Shown here: one piece after another, positions 63,121-64,000 of the stretch
How positions within the stretch are numbered: the stretch's first letter is position 1
Layout: every line of letters begins with the position of its first letter
Assembly: GCA_041946865.1 (NCBI GenBank)
Contig: JBHGBF010000028.1
Location: forward strand, 4,257-68,256
Origin: Acidobacteriota bacterium
GTDB taxonomy: Bacteria; Acidobacteriota; UBA6911; RPQK01
Reading direction: 5' to 3'
Length of the DNA: 64,000 bases
Position numbers and translations under genes: made by a program
The notes under the pieces: generated by a model
Databases searched by the model: none
What the model saw: only the letters and a program-made list of their open reading frames with translations
What the model was told of the DNA's origin: nothing

Positions 63121-64000
63121 ATCACCGGTAAGCCGCTCGGTGCGACTGCCGGCGCCAGGATTTTCGAACAGGGCGGTAATGCGATCGATTCCGCCTGCGC
63201 GATGCTGGCCGTTGTGTGCACCATGTATGACACCCTGAGCTGGGGTGGCGAGACGCAGGCGCTGATCTATAACCCGTTGACCAAAAAAGTCGTGGGCATC
63301 AACGGCCTGGGCGTTGCTCCCACTGGCGCCACCCCCGAATTTTTCAAACAGAAGAACCTGCGATTTCCCCCGGCTGAGGGGCCGCTTGCCGCCGTCACAC
63401 CCGGCAACCCGGGTGCGCTGATGGTCATGCTCGCCGAGTTCGGTACGCTTTCCCTCACACAGGTGCTGGCCCCAGCCCTCGAGATGGCCGGCGAAGGATA
63501 CCCCATCGAGGCGGAGCTGGTCAGGAGCATCAAACTCCACAGGAACAAGCTCAAGCAGTGGCCTTACTCGAGAAAAGTGTTTTTCCCTCATGCCGACCGG
63601 TCCGACGAACCCCCGCAGCCCGGCGAAATCTGGCGGCAGCCTGACCTGGCTGACACGCTCAGAAAGCTGGTCCAGGCCGAGGCCGACGCGCTCAAGGCGG
63701 GAAAGGACCGCAAACAGGCGATCTACGCCGCATACGACCGCTTTTATAAAGGCGACATCGCCGCCGAATTCTGCCGCGGCTCTCAGGAGCAGGGCGGGCT
63801 CCACACCCCGGCCGACCTCGCCAACTGGAAGGTCAAGATCGAAGAGCCCGTTATGACTACGTACAAGGGGATCGAGGTTTACAAGCTCACTTGTTGGACC
63901 CAGGGGCCGGTGATGCTCCAGGCGCTGAACATCCTCGAGCCGTTTGACCTGCAGGGAATGGGATACAATAGCGCTCGTTATATCCACACCCTCTACCAGG
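63121..64000 (+). CDS. Gamma-glutamyltransferase family protein, partial at window end; 5' end lacks canonical start/signal peptide
   Basis: An uninterrupted reading frame to the window edge carries GGT N-terminal signatures ('FEQGGNAIDSACAMLAVVCTMYDTLSWGGETQALIY'). The supplied track lists no ORF here. The frame is closed by a TAG at 62941, with no ATG/GTG/TTG before the conserved region. Confidence 0.6.
   Translation, partial: MTGKPLGATAGARIFEQGGNAIDSACAMLAVVCTMYDTLSWGGETQALIYNPLTKKVVGINGLGVAPTGATPEFFKQKNLRFPPAEGPLAAVTPGNPGALMVMLAEFGTLSLTQVLAPALEMAGEGYPIEAELVRSIKLHRNKLKQWPYSRKVFFPHADRSDEPPQPGEIWRQPDLADTLRKLVQAEADALKAGKDRKQAIYAAYDRFYKGDIAAEFCRGSQEQGGLHTPADLANWKVKIEEPVMTTYKGIEVYKLTCWTQGPVMLQALNILEPFDLQGMGYNSARYIHTLYQ

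Noticed and set aside
1-64000. CRISPR arrays, insertion sequences, integrases, prophage or toxin-antitoxin genes.
   Set aside because: No direct-repeat/spacer periodicity, no transposase or integrase motifs, and no phage structural genes appear in any frame.

Overview
This is a high-GC bacterial chromosomal segment. The gene content (two CRTAC1/ASPIC-UnbV FG-GAP proteins, two sigma-54-dependent two-component systems, a TAT-exported GH116, a DUF1080 protein, and weak or absent Shine-Dalgarno sites) suggests an Acidobacteriota-like soil bacterium; the taxon is inference only. I call about 50 protein-coding genes and find no rRNA, tRNA, CRISPR array or IS element. The genes run left to right as follows.

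- **1-5 kb:** an RbsD/FucU mutarotase, a two-subunit molybdo-oxidoreductase (IorAB/CoxSL-like, TAT-exported large subunit), a DUF169 protein and a TPR/HEAT repeat protein.
- **5-13 kb:** a partial myo-inositol catabolic cluster on the minus strand (iolG-like, mmsA/iolA, iolD, iolB), a transaldolase-family gene and a GRP-like sugar transporter.
- **13-18 kb:** pntAA-pntAB-pntB transhydrogenase and an MFS transporter.
- **18-23 kb:** a TAT-exported GH116 (GBA2-like) glycosidase and an OmcA/MtrC-like decahaem cytochrome c.
- **23-28 kb:** a catalytically dead M1-peptidase-like TPR protein, lpxB and mnmA.
- **28-33 kb:** an ECF sigma factor preceded by a perfect sigma-54 promoter, then a convergent sigma-54 response regulator and sensor kinase.
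- **33-41 kb:** a MerR/CarH-like regulator with a B12-binding-like domain, proline dehydrogenase, an M20 peptidase, queF plus a radical SAM gene, an HD-domain (p)ppGpp-hydrolase-like protein, ispH and lutABC.
- **41-54 kb:** a membrane glycosyltransferase-like protein, then the candidate novel module. It reads CRTAC1 - membrane-anchored multihaem cytochrome c/TPR fusion - [sigma-54 promoter] - sensor kinase - sigma-54 activator - second CRTAC1 - DUF72.
- **54-64 kb:** an ABC-F ATPase, a FAD-linked oxidase, a GT9 heptosyltransferase-like protein, an EamA transporter, a DUF1080 protein, a nitroreductase-like protein and a gamma-glutamyltransferase with a disrupted 5' end.

Several short GC-rich hairpin repeats and dyad palindromes recur in intergenic regions. 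All boundaries are taken from the supplied ORF track, with starts adjusted by eye.
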